Below are positions 38,049 to 47,605 of a DNA stretch of 64,000 nt, in pieces (within the stretch, counting starts at the first letter, position 1; each line of letters starts with the position of its first letter). The stretch is from an uncultured bacterium. GTDB lineage: Bacteria > Oederibacteriota > PGYV01 > CAWJRG01. The stretch spans positions 672,001-736,000 of the forward strand of contig CAWJRG010000010.1 of the NCBI GenBank assembly GCA_963845185.1, in the 5' to 3' direction. The position numbers and the translations under genes are program-made. The notes below the pieces were generated by a model that was given only the letters and a program-made list of their open reading frames with translations, made no database searches and was not told the DNA's origin.

Positions 38049-38212
38049 GTAAGAATTTATTTTGCAAGCCCTCAAGGTGCAGCAAAATATTACTCTTGCT
38101 TGCACCAGCTCAAGTCTGAGGCCGCCAGGCTGAAAGTTAAATAGTACAGTGGACTATTTAACGGGTAGTTTCCATGGGTTAATATAATATGAAAACTACC
38201 CCAAAGCTGTGC
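38049..38212 (-). repeat. Two-hairpin structured element, copy 6 (abuts cpaF SD; module B nested in hairpin 1)
   Basis: GCACAGCTT..[module B]..GACTTGAGCTGGTGC-AA-GCAAGAGT-AA-TATTTTGC..GCAAAATA-A-ATTCTTAC. Confidence 0.8.
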
Positions 38213-38226
38213 CTGATAAATTTTTA

Positions 38227-39180
38227 TCAGCCGCCAGATATTTTCGGCGTTACAAAAATAACAAGCTCGGTTTTTTGATCAATGGTCTGGGTTGTTTTGA
38301 ATAATTCTCCCAATAAAGGAATTCCTGATATTATCGGAACCCCGCTCGTTACTTTTGATTGCTCGTTTTGAATCATACCTGCTATTACTATGGTATTCTC
38401 AGGCTCGACTGTTATAGTTGTTTCCACTTTTCTTGTTTTTAAAGCAGGCATCACACCGCCGCTTATTCCTATTTTTACCGCATTTGCGTAATCCAGATCG
38501 CTTACCTCAGCCTTTAATTTGGCGGTTATGTTATTGTCTTTCCCAATCACAGGTTCAATACCGAGGCTTACACCGTATTTTTTCCATTCCACGCTTGTAT
38601 GTCCCTGGGTATCTGTTGTCGCTATTGGAACTTCGCCTCCTGATAAAAATTCCGCATTTTTTCCATTTGCTGTTAAAAGTTTTGGTTTCGCTAGGACCTT
38701 GGCATAATTTTTTTGGACAAGAAAATCGACTATGACATCAATAGGTCCCCTCTGGAACTTGCCGAAAGCAAGCAACGGCGGGTTCTGTTCCTGTACATTG
38801 GCAGCGCTGTTTATCAATGTAGGCCAATCAACTCCGTAATTAGCCGTATCCGAATCTGTTATCTCAAGTACCTGCACATCTATTTCTATCATTGCCTCTG
38901 TTTTTACGCTGTTTTTCACATTTATAACCAGATTTTCAACACCTTGCGGAGTATATAAATTAATCACGCATGTACCTGTTTTTTTTGCCTCCACGATCAC
39001 TTCCTTGTCGGAAAGTATTGTGGCTGCTGCGATATCCTGGTTTGATATGTCGATTTTGCTGACGCTGTCCGCATTGATTACCTGCGATGTGCCTTTTTCG
39101 AGGTTTATTTGCATGCCGGTAGAAAAAATAAGATGTGTTAAAAATATAATACATGAAAAAATAAAAAAAGTTTTCCGCAT
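38227..39180 (-). CDS. cpaC: Secretin, CpaC/RcpA type
   Basis: AKVLAKPKL, FLSGGEVP, YGVSL, GVPIISGIPLLGELFK, ELVIFVTP. Confidence 0.85.
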   Translation of the reverse strand: MRKTFFIFSCIIFLTHLIFSTGMQINLEKGTSQVINADSVSKIDISNQDIAAATILSDKEVIVEAKKTGTCVINLYTPQGVENLVINVKNSVKTEAMIEIDVQVLEITDSDTANYGVDWPTLINSAANVQEQNPPLLAFGKFQRGPIDVIVDFLVQKNYAKVLAKPKLLTANGKNAEFLSGGEVPIATTDTQGHTSVEWKKYGVSLGIEPVIGKDNNITAKLKAEVSDLDYANAVKIGISGGVMPALKTRKVETTITVEPENTIVIAGMIQNEQSKVTSGVPIISGIPLLGELFKTTQTIDQKTELVIFVTPKISGG

Positions 39181-39308
39181 GAATACCACCTCATATCATT
39201 TTTAAATCACACCCGATTAATTGTCTTTCGCCGGAATTATACTGCAAAATTAAAACGAAAGTCAATGTTTTTATTGCAAAGGACAAACTTTTTCTATTTC
39301 GTTTAAAA

Positions 39309-39343
39309 TAAAAAAGTCCATGGGTTTACGCCCATGAATTTTT
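39309..39343 (-). terminator. Intrinsic terminator after nrdG
   Basis: AAAAATTCATGGG-CGTAAA-CCCATGGACTTTTTT. Confidence 0.7.
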
Positions 39344-39482
39344 ATTTCCCGGGGCAGATTTTTGGGGGTTTTGGAGGGGATATTAAGGGGGTCTGCCCCG
39401 GAAATATTTCACTATTATTATTTCAATTTAATCGGCTTTATTCTTTGCCGCCTATTCTTTTTACCAGCAATTATTCAGGACC

Positions 39483-40172
39483 CTATATGTTAAAAATTTC
39501 CACTTTATGGGCATAATTGCCCATTATTTTTGCGAATTCTTCCAGTTCTAATTTTGAATAGGGCTTAATTCCGCGCCATGACTTATCAAGCGTCCTTTGG
39601 TTATTATATTGCTGCAAAACATAATATTCGCCGCCTTTTATTAATTCCCCTATTTTTACGAAGTCCTCTTTTTCAATCAGTTTCGGGACCACGGTTGTCC
39701 TGAATTCATAACTAACCCCTGACTTCATCACAAATTCAATACTTTCCTTTATTTTTGATGTATCTATTTCTATACCTGCTGTAAGTTTGTATTTTTCTAA
39801 TGAATTTTTAATATCCAGCGCTATATAATCGACAAGATTATCTCCGACAAGTTTTTTTATTGTTTCCGGCGAATACCCGTTTGTGTCAAGTTTTGCCTTT
39901 AATCCCATTGATTTCACCTGCCTGAAAAAATCCTCAAGATCGTTCTGCATCGTGGGTTCGCCGCCTGTTATTGTAACTGCATCAATAAACTGCCGGGTAT
40001 TATAAATATCCTCCATGACTTCCTTTTCATCTATAATATCCGAATTAACGGGTATAAGCGATGGATTATGGCAGAATGGGCATTTAAAATTGCATGGCGA
40101 CGTATAAAGCAAAGCGCATATAAGACCCGGATATTCAATGAGGGAAGCATTTAAAAAACCGTTTATTATCAT
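39483..40172 (-). CDS. nrdG: Anaerobic RNR activating radical-SAM enzyme
   Basis: CNFKCPFCHN, ITGGEPT, KLDTNG, YEFRTT. Confidence 0.92.
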   Translation of the reverse strand: MIINGFLNASLIEYPGLICALLYTSPCNFKCPFCHNPSLIPVNSDIIDEKEVMEDIYNTRQFIDAVTITGGEPTMQNDLEDFFRQVKSMGLKAKLDTNGYSPETIKKLVGDNLVDYIALDIKNSLEKYKLTAGIEIDTSKIKESIEFVMKSGVSYEFRTTVVPKLIEKEDFVKIGELIKGGEYYVLQQYNNQRTLDKSWRGIKPYSKLELEEFAKIMGNYAHKVEIFNI

Positions 40173-40230
40173 TAATTAAAATCCTTTCATGTTATTCTTT
40201 GCTATCCTTGAATCAGCAACAAAATAGCTT

Positions 40231-40434
40231 CTAAGATACCTTGATTTCTTCCTCTTCCTGGACGATTTCAAACTCTGCCCTATCATTGAATTCTTCTTGC
40301 TTGCCGTTATTCCATTGCTTTACCGGCCTAAAATACCCGACAATCCTGCTGTAAACTTCGCACTCTGAGCCCTTAACATTTTTTAATTCTGTTTCTAAAG
40401 CCTCAATCTTTAAAAATATTTCCTGCTTTTCCAT
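40231..40434 (-). CDS. Stand-alone NrdD glycyl-radical domain (67 aa)
   Basis: AGGAGG SD, MEKQEI start; CEVYSRIVGYFRPVKQWNNGKQEEFNDR. Confidence 0.88.
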   Translation of the reverse strand: MEKQEIFLKIEALETELKNVKGSECEVYSRIVGYFRPVKQWNNGKQEEFNDRAEFEIVQEEEEIKVS

Positions 40435-40530
40435 CTGCTCCCTCCTTGTTGCGTGCCACGTGATTTGTGCCGCGTGCTGCGCAAAAATACTTTTTTGCTG
40501 CACGTCACACACCCCACGTCACACATTTTT

Positions 40531-42573
40531 TTATATCGCCAGCTGCGCTTTTAATTCCTCAATCTGGTTTATTATCTGACTTTGTTTTTCATCCTTGCAA
40601 ACAGGGCATTCTGCGTGCTCGCCCTGGATATAGCCGTGTACAGGACATACGCTGAATGTAGGTGTAAGCGTGTAATAAGGAAGAGAAAACTGCTCGGCTA
40701 TCTTCTTTACTATATTTTTTGTCGCGCCTATTGAATTCAGCCGTTCGCCCAGATATACATGCAGTACGGTTCCGCCGGTATATTTTGTCTGGATCTCATC
40801 CTGGTGCTGCAGCGCCCTGAAAATGTCTTTTGTGTAATAAACAGGCAGCTGGGTTGAATTGGTGTAATACGGTTCTTTTTTACCCATTGATATTATTTCA
40901 GGGTACTTCTCCTTGTCTATCTTTGCAAGCCTGTATGACGTTCCCTCGGCAGGCGTTGCTTCAAGGTTGTAAAGATGACCGGTCTGCTCCTGGTAGCTCA
41001 TCAATTTATTCCTCATGAATTCGAGTATTTCTATTGCCATTGTCCTTCCCTCGGGAGTTGTTATATCCTTGCCTATGAAATTTAAAAGCGCTTCATTTAC
41101 ACCGATGAGCCCTATAGTCGAAAAATGGTTTGCCCAGTAATTATCATGCCGCTTTTTTACCGGGCTTAAATAAAATTTGGAATAAGGATACAACCCCTGC
41201 TCGGTAAGCCTTTCAAGAATTTTTCTTTTTATTTCCAGGCTTTCCTTTGCCATTTCCATAAGGCTTGTGAGCTCCGAATAAAAAGCCTCTTTGTTGTTTT
41301 TAAATTTAAACCCAAGCCGTGGCATATTTATTGTTACGACACCGATTGAGCCTGTAAGCGGGTTTGAACCGAAAAGACCTCCGCCTCTCTTCACAAGTTC
41401 CCTATTGTCAAGGCGCAACCGGCAGCACATTGAACGCGCATCCTCGGGCTTCATGTCTGAATTCACGAAATTTGCAAAATACGGTATTCCGTATTTTGCA
41501 GTCATCTCCCACAATGCATCAAGTTCGGGATTCGACCAGTCAAAATCTTTTGTTATATTATATGTAGGTATCGGAAAAGTAAATATCCTGCCTTTTGCGT
41601 CACCTTCAAGCATTACTTCCGCAAAAGCCTTGTTTATCATGTACATCTCTTTCTGGCAGTCTCCGTATGTGATATTTTGCAGCTCGCCGCCGATTACAAC
41701 TGCTTCGTTTTTAAAAATTTCCGGCACGGTAAGGTCCATCGTGATATTGGTAAAAGGGGTCTGAAAGCCTACCCTTGTCGGTATATTCATATTAAAAAGG
41801 AACCTTCTCATTGCCCTTTTTACATCTTCATAAGAAAGTTCGTTGACTTTTATAAAAGGCGCGAGAAGCGTATCGAAATTCGAAAACGCCTGGGCGCCTG
41901 CCGCCTCGCCCTGAAGCGTGTAAAAAAAGTTCACTATCTGTCCCAGGGCAGACTCGAAATGCGACGGCGGCGCTGATTCTATCTTTCCTTCGACTCCGCC
42001 GAATCCCCGCAGAAGCAGGTCCTTTAAATCCCAGCCGCAACAGTAACCGGAAAGCAGCCCAAGATCATGGATATGGAAATCACCGTCGGCATGCGCTTTT
42101 TTGATTTCAGGAGGATAGATTTTATTAAGCCAGTAGTTTGATATTATAATCGATGACACATAATTGTTCAGGCCCTGAAGCGAGAAGCTCATGTTCGAAT
42201 TTTCTTTTATTCTCCAGTCAAGCTTCCTCAGGTAATCATCCACCATGGTTATTGAGTCCGAAAGAAGTGTTTTCACTTCCCTCATTTTGGCGTGCTGGTC
42301 GCGGTATAGAATATATAATTTTGCTATGCTGGTATATCCGTTATTTAGGAGGGTTGTTTCGACCAAATCCTGCACGTTTTCAACTGTAGGAACTTTGCCG
42401 TCTTTATATATTGCGTTGATTATCGATATTACCTGTGCTGAAACTTTTTCCGCCTTGTCTTTCTCATAATTGTTGTTTGCTTTAAACGCCTTAAAAACCG
42501 CCTCTGTAATTTTAGCCTCATCAAAAACAACAACTCTTCCGTCTCTTTTTCTAATATGTGAAACTTGTGCCAT
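40531..42573 (-). CDS. nrdD: Class III ribonucleotide reductase large subunit (ATP cone; lacks the glycyl-radical tail)
   Basis: IRKRDGR ATP cone, HIHDL, YCCGW, RSMCCRL, LEATPAEG, CPVH..CPVC then stop. Confidence 0.95.
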   Translation of the reverse strand: MAQVSHIRKRDGRVVVFDEAKITEAVFKAFKANNNYEKDKAEKVSAQVISIINAIYKDGKVPTVENVQDLVETTLLNNGYTSIAKLYILYRDQHAKMREVKTLLSDSITMVDDYLRKLDWRIKENSNMSFSLQGLNNYVSSIIISNYWLNKIYPPEIKKAHADGDFHIHDLGLLSGYCCGWDLKDLLLRGFGGVEGKIESAPPSHFESALGQIVNFFYTLQGEAAGAQAFSNFDTLLAPFIKVNELSYEDVKRAMRRFLFNMNIPTRVGFQTPFTNITMDLTVPEIFKNEAVVIGGELQNITYGDCQKEMYMINKAFAEVMLEGDAKGRIFTFPIPTYNITKDFDWSNPELDALWEMTAKYGIPYFANFVNSDMKPEDARSMCCRLRLDNRELVKRGGGLFGSNPLTGSIGVVTINMPRLGFKFKNNKEAFYSELTSLMEMAKESLEIKRKILERLTEQGLYPYSKFYLSPVKKRHDNYWANHFSTIGLIGVNEALLNFIGKDITTPEGRTMAIEILEFMRNKLMSYQEQTGHLYNLEATPAEGTSYRLAKIDKEKYPEIISMGKKEPYYTNSTQLPVYYTKDIFRALQHQDEIQTKYTGGTVLHVYLGERLNSIGATKNIVKKIAEQFSLPYYTLTPTFSVCPVHGYIQGEHAECPVCKDEKQSQIINQIEELKAQLAI

Positions 42574-42652
42574 TTCTACGTCCCTCCCACTTAGCTTTTA
42601 ATTACTATTTGTTGCATATTGTAGGACAAAAACAAGGCTATGTCAAGAAAAA

Positions 42653-42796
42653 AATCAATATATTGTTGATTGTAGACAGTGCATACACTATATGTTGTGT
42701 TATATTATACAAAAAAGACCTATTTTTAGTATATTTTGCTATAATATATTGTATAAAACAGCATATTAAATAATTGTATAGCCCTATATGTTGTGT
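42653..42796. promoter_or_regulatory. NrdR boxes upstream of nrdD
   Basis: AATCAATATATTGTTG (42653) and ACACTATATGTTGTGT (42685) 32 bp apart; GCCCTATATGTTGTGT (42781); match acaCwAtATaTwGtgt. Confidence 0.8.
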
Positions 42797-43066
42797 TAAA
42801 AAGAGATTTTAATTTATGTCAAATTGTTAAAGTACAACTTTAATAAATCCTATTTTTTAAATAAATTAAATTTCTGATACAAATTAAGTTTTCTAATTTT
42901 TTGGGAAGATTATCACTAATTTAGTACATTTTTGTATAATTGAATAGCAGCTAAAATTATTTTTTGAATTTAAAATATCATTTTATTTTTCCCTTTTATG
43001 TTGTATTATATTTTTATCCGGCACAATAAAAAGTCATATCCGGAAAAAAATATAAGGATGCTATTT

Positions 43067-43672
43067 ATGCCAAACACTGAAGAATTGAAAAAAGAATATT
43101 TTTTCCTGCTTGAAAAAATCATCACTAAGCCCGGCGTAAAAGCACTGAGCGATTATCTTGTTAAAAATGGTTTTTTTACAGCGCCCGCTTCCACAAAATA
43201 CCATTTATGCGTGGAAGGCGGCCTTCTAGCGCATACCTTGCATGTTGCAAACCTTGCTCTTGAACTTAAAAAAATCCTTGCCCCTGATATTTCTGAAGAT
43301 TCGGTCATCCTGTGTTCCCTTTTTCACGATTGTCACAAGGCTACCGATGGTTTTTCCAACCCGACTTATTTAAAAAACGAATCACCACGTGAAACACAAA
43401 TGCAACCTTATTTATGGAACAAAGAACAGTTCAGTTTTTCAGGTGCGCAAAAAAGTCTGCTTATAGTTTCAGGTTTTATAAGCCTGTGTCAGGATGAGAT
43501 GCAGGCAATTGCCTATCATGACGGGCCATTTGTCCCCAGCTGGGAAGATATCAATGGGAATGTTTATCCTCTAACGTTTTTAATACACTTTGCCGACCTC
43601 TGGAGCAGTTGGGTTACTGAAAAAGGAAAAACTAAAATGAGGTTTGATAAATTCTTTCTACAGGATAAGTAG
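43067..43672 (+). CDS. HD-domain phosphohydrolase
   Basis: FFTAPASTKYH..EGGLLAH, LFHD, AIAYHDG, LIHFAD. Confidence 0.85.
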   Translation: MPNTEELKKEYFFLLEKIITKPGVKALSDYLVKNGFFTAPASTKYHLCVEGGLLAHTLHVANLALELKKILAPDISEDSVILCSLFHDCHKATDGFSNPTYLKNESPRETQMQPYLWNKEQFSFSGAQKSLLIVSGFISLCQDEMQAIAYHDGPFVPSWEDINGNVYPLTFLIHFADLWSSWVTEKGKTKMRFDKFFLQDK

Positions 43673-43693
43673 AATCATTTGCTGATTGTATAT

Positions 43694-44440
43694 TTACTTC
43701 TCGTTTTTACCTGCCCATTTCCACTTTACATTTTTATTGTAATCTTTCAACTGATCTTTCAAAAAATTCATCTTTTCCTGACTGATAAACGGATCCGGCA
43801 TTTCTTCATCGGCTTTTTTTATGTAAAAAGTTGCCTCTCCTTCCCTCAATAACGTGTGGTATTCAATTATATCAGGTACCATGTCGTCAAACTGGTAAAA
43901 AATAAGATCCCAAGGCATTTTAATCGTAGTAAACTGCTGCTTGCTCCTTTTTAAATCTTTAGGATCAAACCCGTTGTAGACCAGTGTCAAAAACTTATCT
44001 TTATTTTTGTCGCTTTCTTTTCCATCATATGCCATTAGTACAACTTTTGGCGTTTCGCCGTTGAATAGTTCCCATGTAGTGAGATAAACAATAGGGGTTC
44101 TTGAGTAATCAAGCTCTATATTAATAAAATTGCTGACTTTTTCCCCTCCTTTTATTACATCTACTACCAAATGCTGGTTGTATATGCTGACTGCTTGCTT
44201 TTTTCCTTCCGGCATATGCCTGACTCTGTAAGGTATAATTAATTCGTCTCCCGGTTCTCCGTCTATATTTGCGTAAAGTATATAACCATTGGTTTCTGTT
44301 GTTCCTGGATCGTAAAATTCTACCGGTATTTCGTCTTTATCCGCATATTTTTTTGCTGTTTCAAGCTGGGTTTCATAACCAAGTGATAAAATAAAGCACG
44401 GCAGGAATATTGTCAATAAAGCTATAAAATATTTCTTCAT
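43694..44440 (-). CDS. Exported hypothetical protein
   Basis: AGGAG SD, signal peptide, NIDGEPGDEL loop. Confidence 0.7.
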   Translation of the reverse strand: MKKYFIALLTIFLPCFILSLGYETQLETAKKYADKDEIPVEFYDPGTTETNGYILYANIDGEPGDELIIPYRVRHMPEGKKQAVSIYNQHLVVDVIKGGEKVSNFINIELDYSRTPIVYLTTWELFNGETPKVVLMAYDGKESDKNKDKFLTLVYNGFDPKDLKRSKQQFTTIKMPWDLIFYQFDDMVPDIIEYHTLLREGEATFYIKKADEEMPDPFISQEKMNFLKDQLKDYNKNVKWKWAGKNEK

Positions 44441-44501
44441 ATGCTAAAACTCCTTTTGTTAATATTTGTTATTATAATAAAATTCCTTTAGCATTTCAAG
44501 T

Positions 44502-46286
44502 TTAGTAATTAATATCCGCCCTTAGCATTATGGTTCTTCCCATTGCAGGTATTCCTATAATTTCTTCATAATAAGCATTGAAAATGTCTTCAACTTTTAG
44601 CGAAATTTCAAGCCAGTCAAGAATTTTCTTCGCTACGGTACAGTCAAAATTATTATACAAATCGCTCCTGTTGATATATTTTTTATATATATATTTTAAA
44701 TTAATATCCATACCCAATAAATTAAAATCCCCTCCCAGCACAAGCTTGTCTTTTAAGTATGTAATGCCGTATTTTGATTTATATTGTTCCGACTCGCTGG
44801 AGTCAAGATAAGTATACCCAGTCGAGAATTTCATGTTTCCAAAATCAACTGTCGCGTCAAGAGTATAGCCGGCCGTATTTATTTTGCCTATGTTTCTTAT
44901 CTGCCAGCCGTTCCTTGCAATGCCGTCGGAGCCGGTTACCATTCCAGCCGCCCAGTCAATTGCATCAAAATTAAACCTGTAAAACACGCTGTTTTTAATG
45001 GTCAAAATACCCAGGTTGCTCCCCAATCCCAGTCTCTCCTCATAACTTCTCTCGGGTTTTAATTCCGGATTCCCCAAATCATACTGGTCTTTATAATACA
45101 ACTCCGTGAAATTCGGGTACCTTACGGTATAACTGGAACCGATTGACATTTTAAGCAGGCTGTCAAATGAATACACCGCGCTTATTTCCGGTAAAAAATC
45201 ATAATTGCTGTAAATATCGTATTTCTCCAGGCTTAAATTTGCATCAACAAAAAGCTCGTCAGTAAAGTTAAAAACCCCGTTTGCAAGAAGCAGATTCTTG
45301 TCCCTGTAATGATCGCCGAGATTTGAACTTTGTACTTCTTCCCTCTGCAGGTTGTACTTAAATAAAAACATCTCGTTTTTATTTATGGTATAGGAATATT
45401 TTGCGTTTGCCCCGTATTCCGTCTCATTTGTCCTGTTGTTTTCACTAGGGTTGTTTTCAATCAATGTAAACTTGTCGCTGTGTGTCCTTAAATATGAATC
45501 GAATGATAAATCCTGCGTATTAAAAAATTTAAGGTCCATGTATTTTGTGTATATTTGTTCCCTTGATGCCAGATTCAAGCCTGGTGTGTAAAAATCATAC
45601 GCGCCATAGTCTTTATCGTTTAATCCGATATCCGCAATAAAATCATTTTTATAGTTTGCTTTAATGTAAGCTGTAAAAAAATTATAATCCGTATCGTTGT
45701 GAAATCCGGCGGATGAGCTTTTTTCAAATGTCCCAGATACCGCAGAGTCTCCAAGCCACTTTGCTGCGTTTATTGCCGTATCATAAGTATTGTACGAACC
45801 GTAAAACCCGCTTACTGCGACAGTATCCTTGGAATAGCCTTTAGTCTTGATGTCTACAAGCCCTGTAAACCCTCCGTCGCCGTAACTCACGCTCGCGCTA
45901 TTAATGACATTTATCTCGCTTATATCCATGATTGAAAGCGGCATATCCAAGCTGTAGTGCCCTGTCTGGCTGTCATTTACTTTTATGCCGTCAACAATTA
46001 TTGATACTTGCTCAAATGTTCCGGCGTTTGAGAAGAGATCGCTTTGAATCAAAGAAAACCCGCGGCTGACAACGTTGAAGCCGGATATACCGTTGATTAA
46101 ATCCCCAATACTCTGAACTTTCTCGTGTGCTATTTTTTCCTGGTTAAAATTATAGTCGTATAACTCTACCTTGTTTGCCTGTACGATAATTTCATCAGCG
46201 GCATGTTCCACGCTGAACATACAGAATAAAAAAATAAAAACAAAAAGAAACCTTTTGTTTTTCTTTTCACGCTTCTTAGGCTGCAT
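44502..46286 (-). CDS. TonB-dependent receptor (BtuB-like)
   Basis: DEIIVQAN TonB box, plug IIVDGIKVND, YPNFTELYY..GNPELKPE, terminal MGRT..INY. Confidence 0.85.
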   Translation of the reverse strand: MQPKKREKKNKRFLFVFIFLFCMFSVEHAADEIIVQANKVELYDYNFNQEKIAHEKVQSIGDLINGISGFNVVSRGFSLIQSDLFSNAGTFEQVSIIVDGIKVNDSQTGHYSLDMPLSIMDISEINVINSASVSYGDGGFTGLVDIKTKGYSKDTVAVSGFYGSYNTYDTAINAAKWLGDSAVSGTFEKSSSAGFHNDTDYNFFTAYIKANYKNDFIADIGLNDKDYGAYDFYTPGLNLASREQIYTKYMDLKFFNTQDLSFDSYLRTHSDKFTLIENNPSENNRTNETEYGANAKYSYTINKNEMFLFKYNLQREEVQSSNLGDHYRDKNLLLANGVFNFTDELFVDANLSLEKYDIYSNYDFLPEISAVYSFDSLLKMSIGSSYTVRYPNFTELYYKDQYDLGNPELKPERSYEERLGLGSNLGILTIKNSVFYRFNFDAIDWAAGMVTGSDGIARNGWQIRNIGKINTAGYTLDATVDFGNMKFSTGYTYLDSSESEQYKSKYGITYLKDKLVLGGDFNLLGMDINLKYIYKKYINRSDLYNNFDCTVAKKILDWLEISLKVEDIFNAYYEEIIGIPAMGRTIMLRADINY

Positions 46287-46291
46287 TAGCT

Positions 46292-47347
46292 TCACATCCT
46301 TCCAAGTTCTTTTGCGAAAGCAACCCAAAATGGATCAATCCTTGGATGTTCCAGTTTTTTTTCCATACCATCCTCGATTATATTGATTCCCCTGCTTTTT
46401 TCCATCACATCCCCCACAATTGATGCATGAATATTGTTTTGTTCTAACTTTTTAACTATATCATCTGCTTTGTCAGCTTTGGCTGTTATCAGTAATGTCC
46501 CTTCGCTGATTGAAGAATATGGATCCATATTAAATTGCTCGCATATTGCTCTCGTCTCCGGTAAAACTATTATCTTTTCTTTTTCTATGCGCATTCCTGT
46601 TTCTGATGCCTGTGCTATTTCATACAGCCCACCCCATATTCCGCACTCTGTGGCATCATGCATTGTCGTAACGCCTTTTTCGCGCACACCAACCGATGCT
46701 GCAATCAGCGCGTCGTCAACAACCGACATCTTGTAAAAAATCTCTTCCGCCTTTTTCGCAAAATCATTACCGAAAATATTTTTTATTTTCTCCTGAAAAG
46801 CAACTGCAAATATGCCTGTTGCTTCAATGGCAGCCCCCTTTGTTATTATTATTTTATCGCCCGGCTTTGCGTCCCTTGGGGTTATATATTTATCCTTGTC
46901 TCCTATTGCCATCACGGTCGCTCCGCCCACCATTGGATAATTGCATCCTTCGTATTTCGCCGTATGCCCGCTTATTATTGATATGCCCATTTTATCGCAT
47001 TCTCTGTTTATAACATTCCACATAGTGGTTAATTCCTGTTTTTTTATGGAAAGCGGCAAATTTAAATCTATGCACAAATAATTTGGTTTTAAACCTGAGG
47101 TCACTACATCCGACACAAGTATGTGTATGGCAAACCATGCCGCCCGTTCCCATCCGTATTCAGGAACAATAAAAACAGGATCGGTTGTTGTAGCCATGAC
47201 TTTCCCGCCTCCAAGGTCTATGACTCCTATATCAACCCCGTGCTGGGGCCCTACGAGGATCGATTTATCTTTTTTTCCCAGCTTTGTATAAATAAGCTCA
47301 TCAAATATCTCAGGCGAAATCTTTCCTATTTCCGGTAAATCAGCCAT
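46292..47347 (-). CDS. AIR-synthase-related (PurM/HypE/ThiL superfamily) protein
   Basis: TTDP, ISGHT, KPGDKIIITKG, MHDATECG, ISEGTLL. Confidence 0.85.
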   Translation of the reverse strand: MADLPEIGKISPEIFDELIYTKLGKKDKSILVGPQHGVDIGVIDLGGGKVMATTTDPVFIVPEYGWERAAWFAIHILVSDVVTSGLKPNYLCIDLNLPLSIKKQELTTMWNVINRECDKMGISIISGHTAKYEGCNYPMVGGATVMAIGDKDKYITPRDAKPGDKIIITKGAAIEATGIFAVAFQEKIKNIFGNDFAKKAEEIFYKMSVVDDALIAASVGVREKGVTTMHDATECGIWGGLYEIAQASETGMRIEKEKIIVLPETRAICEQFNMDPYSSISEGTLLITAKADKADDIVKKLEQNNIHASIVGDVMEKSRGINIIEDGMEKKLEHPRIDPFWVAFAKELGRM

Positions 47348-47394
47348 GACAGCCTCCTGAAAATATGCAGGCCCTGTTTGAACCCTGCGTAATC

Positions 47395-47432
47395 AAAAAC
47401 AAAAACCTTCTGCCTGTCCGGCAAGAAGGTTT
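47395..47432 (-). terminator. Riboswitch expression-platform terminator
   Basis: AAACCTTCTTGCCGGACAGGCAGAAGGTTTTTG. Confidence 0.7.
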
Positions 47433-47464
47433 GATTTTCATTTTAAATCTTGCAATTTCATTCT

Positions 47465-47557
47465 CTTCTTCCTGCGCCGGCATTGTCCGTATCAGGTTCA
47501 ATGGGTATAATCTCAGGTATTTTGGCCTTATCAGCTTCAAATACCACCCCGTTTTTA
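47465..47557 (-). ncRNA. TPP riboswitch
   Basis: GGGGTG..CTGAGA..ATACCC..GAACCTGAT..AATGCCGGCGCAGGAA consensus. Confidence 0.92.
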
Positions 47558-47605
47558 TCATTTCTCTTTATATGTTTCTATTTATAATAAAAGGCAGTTT
47601 ATTTT

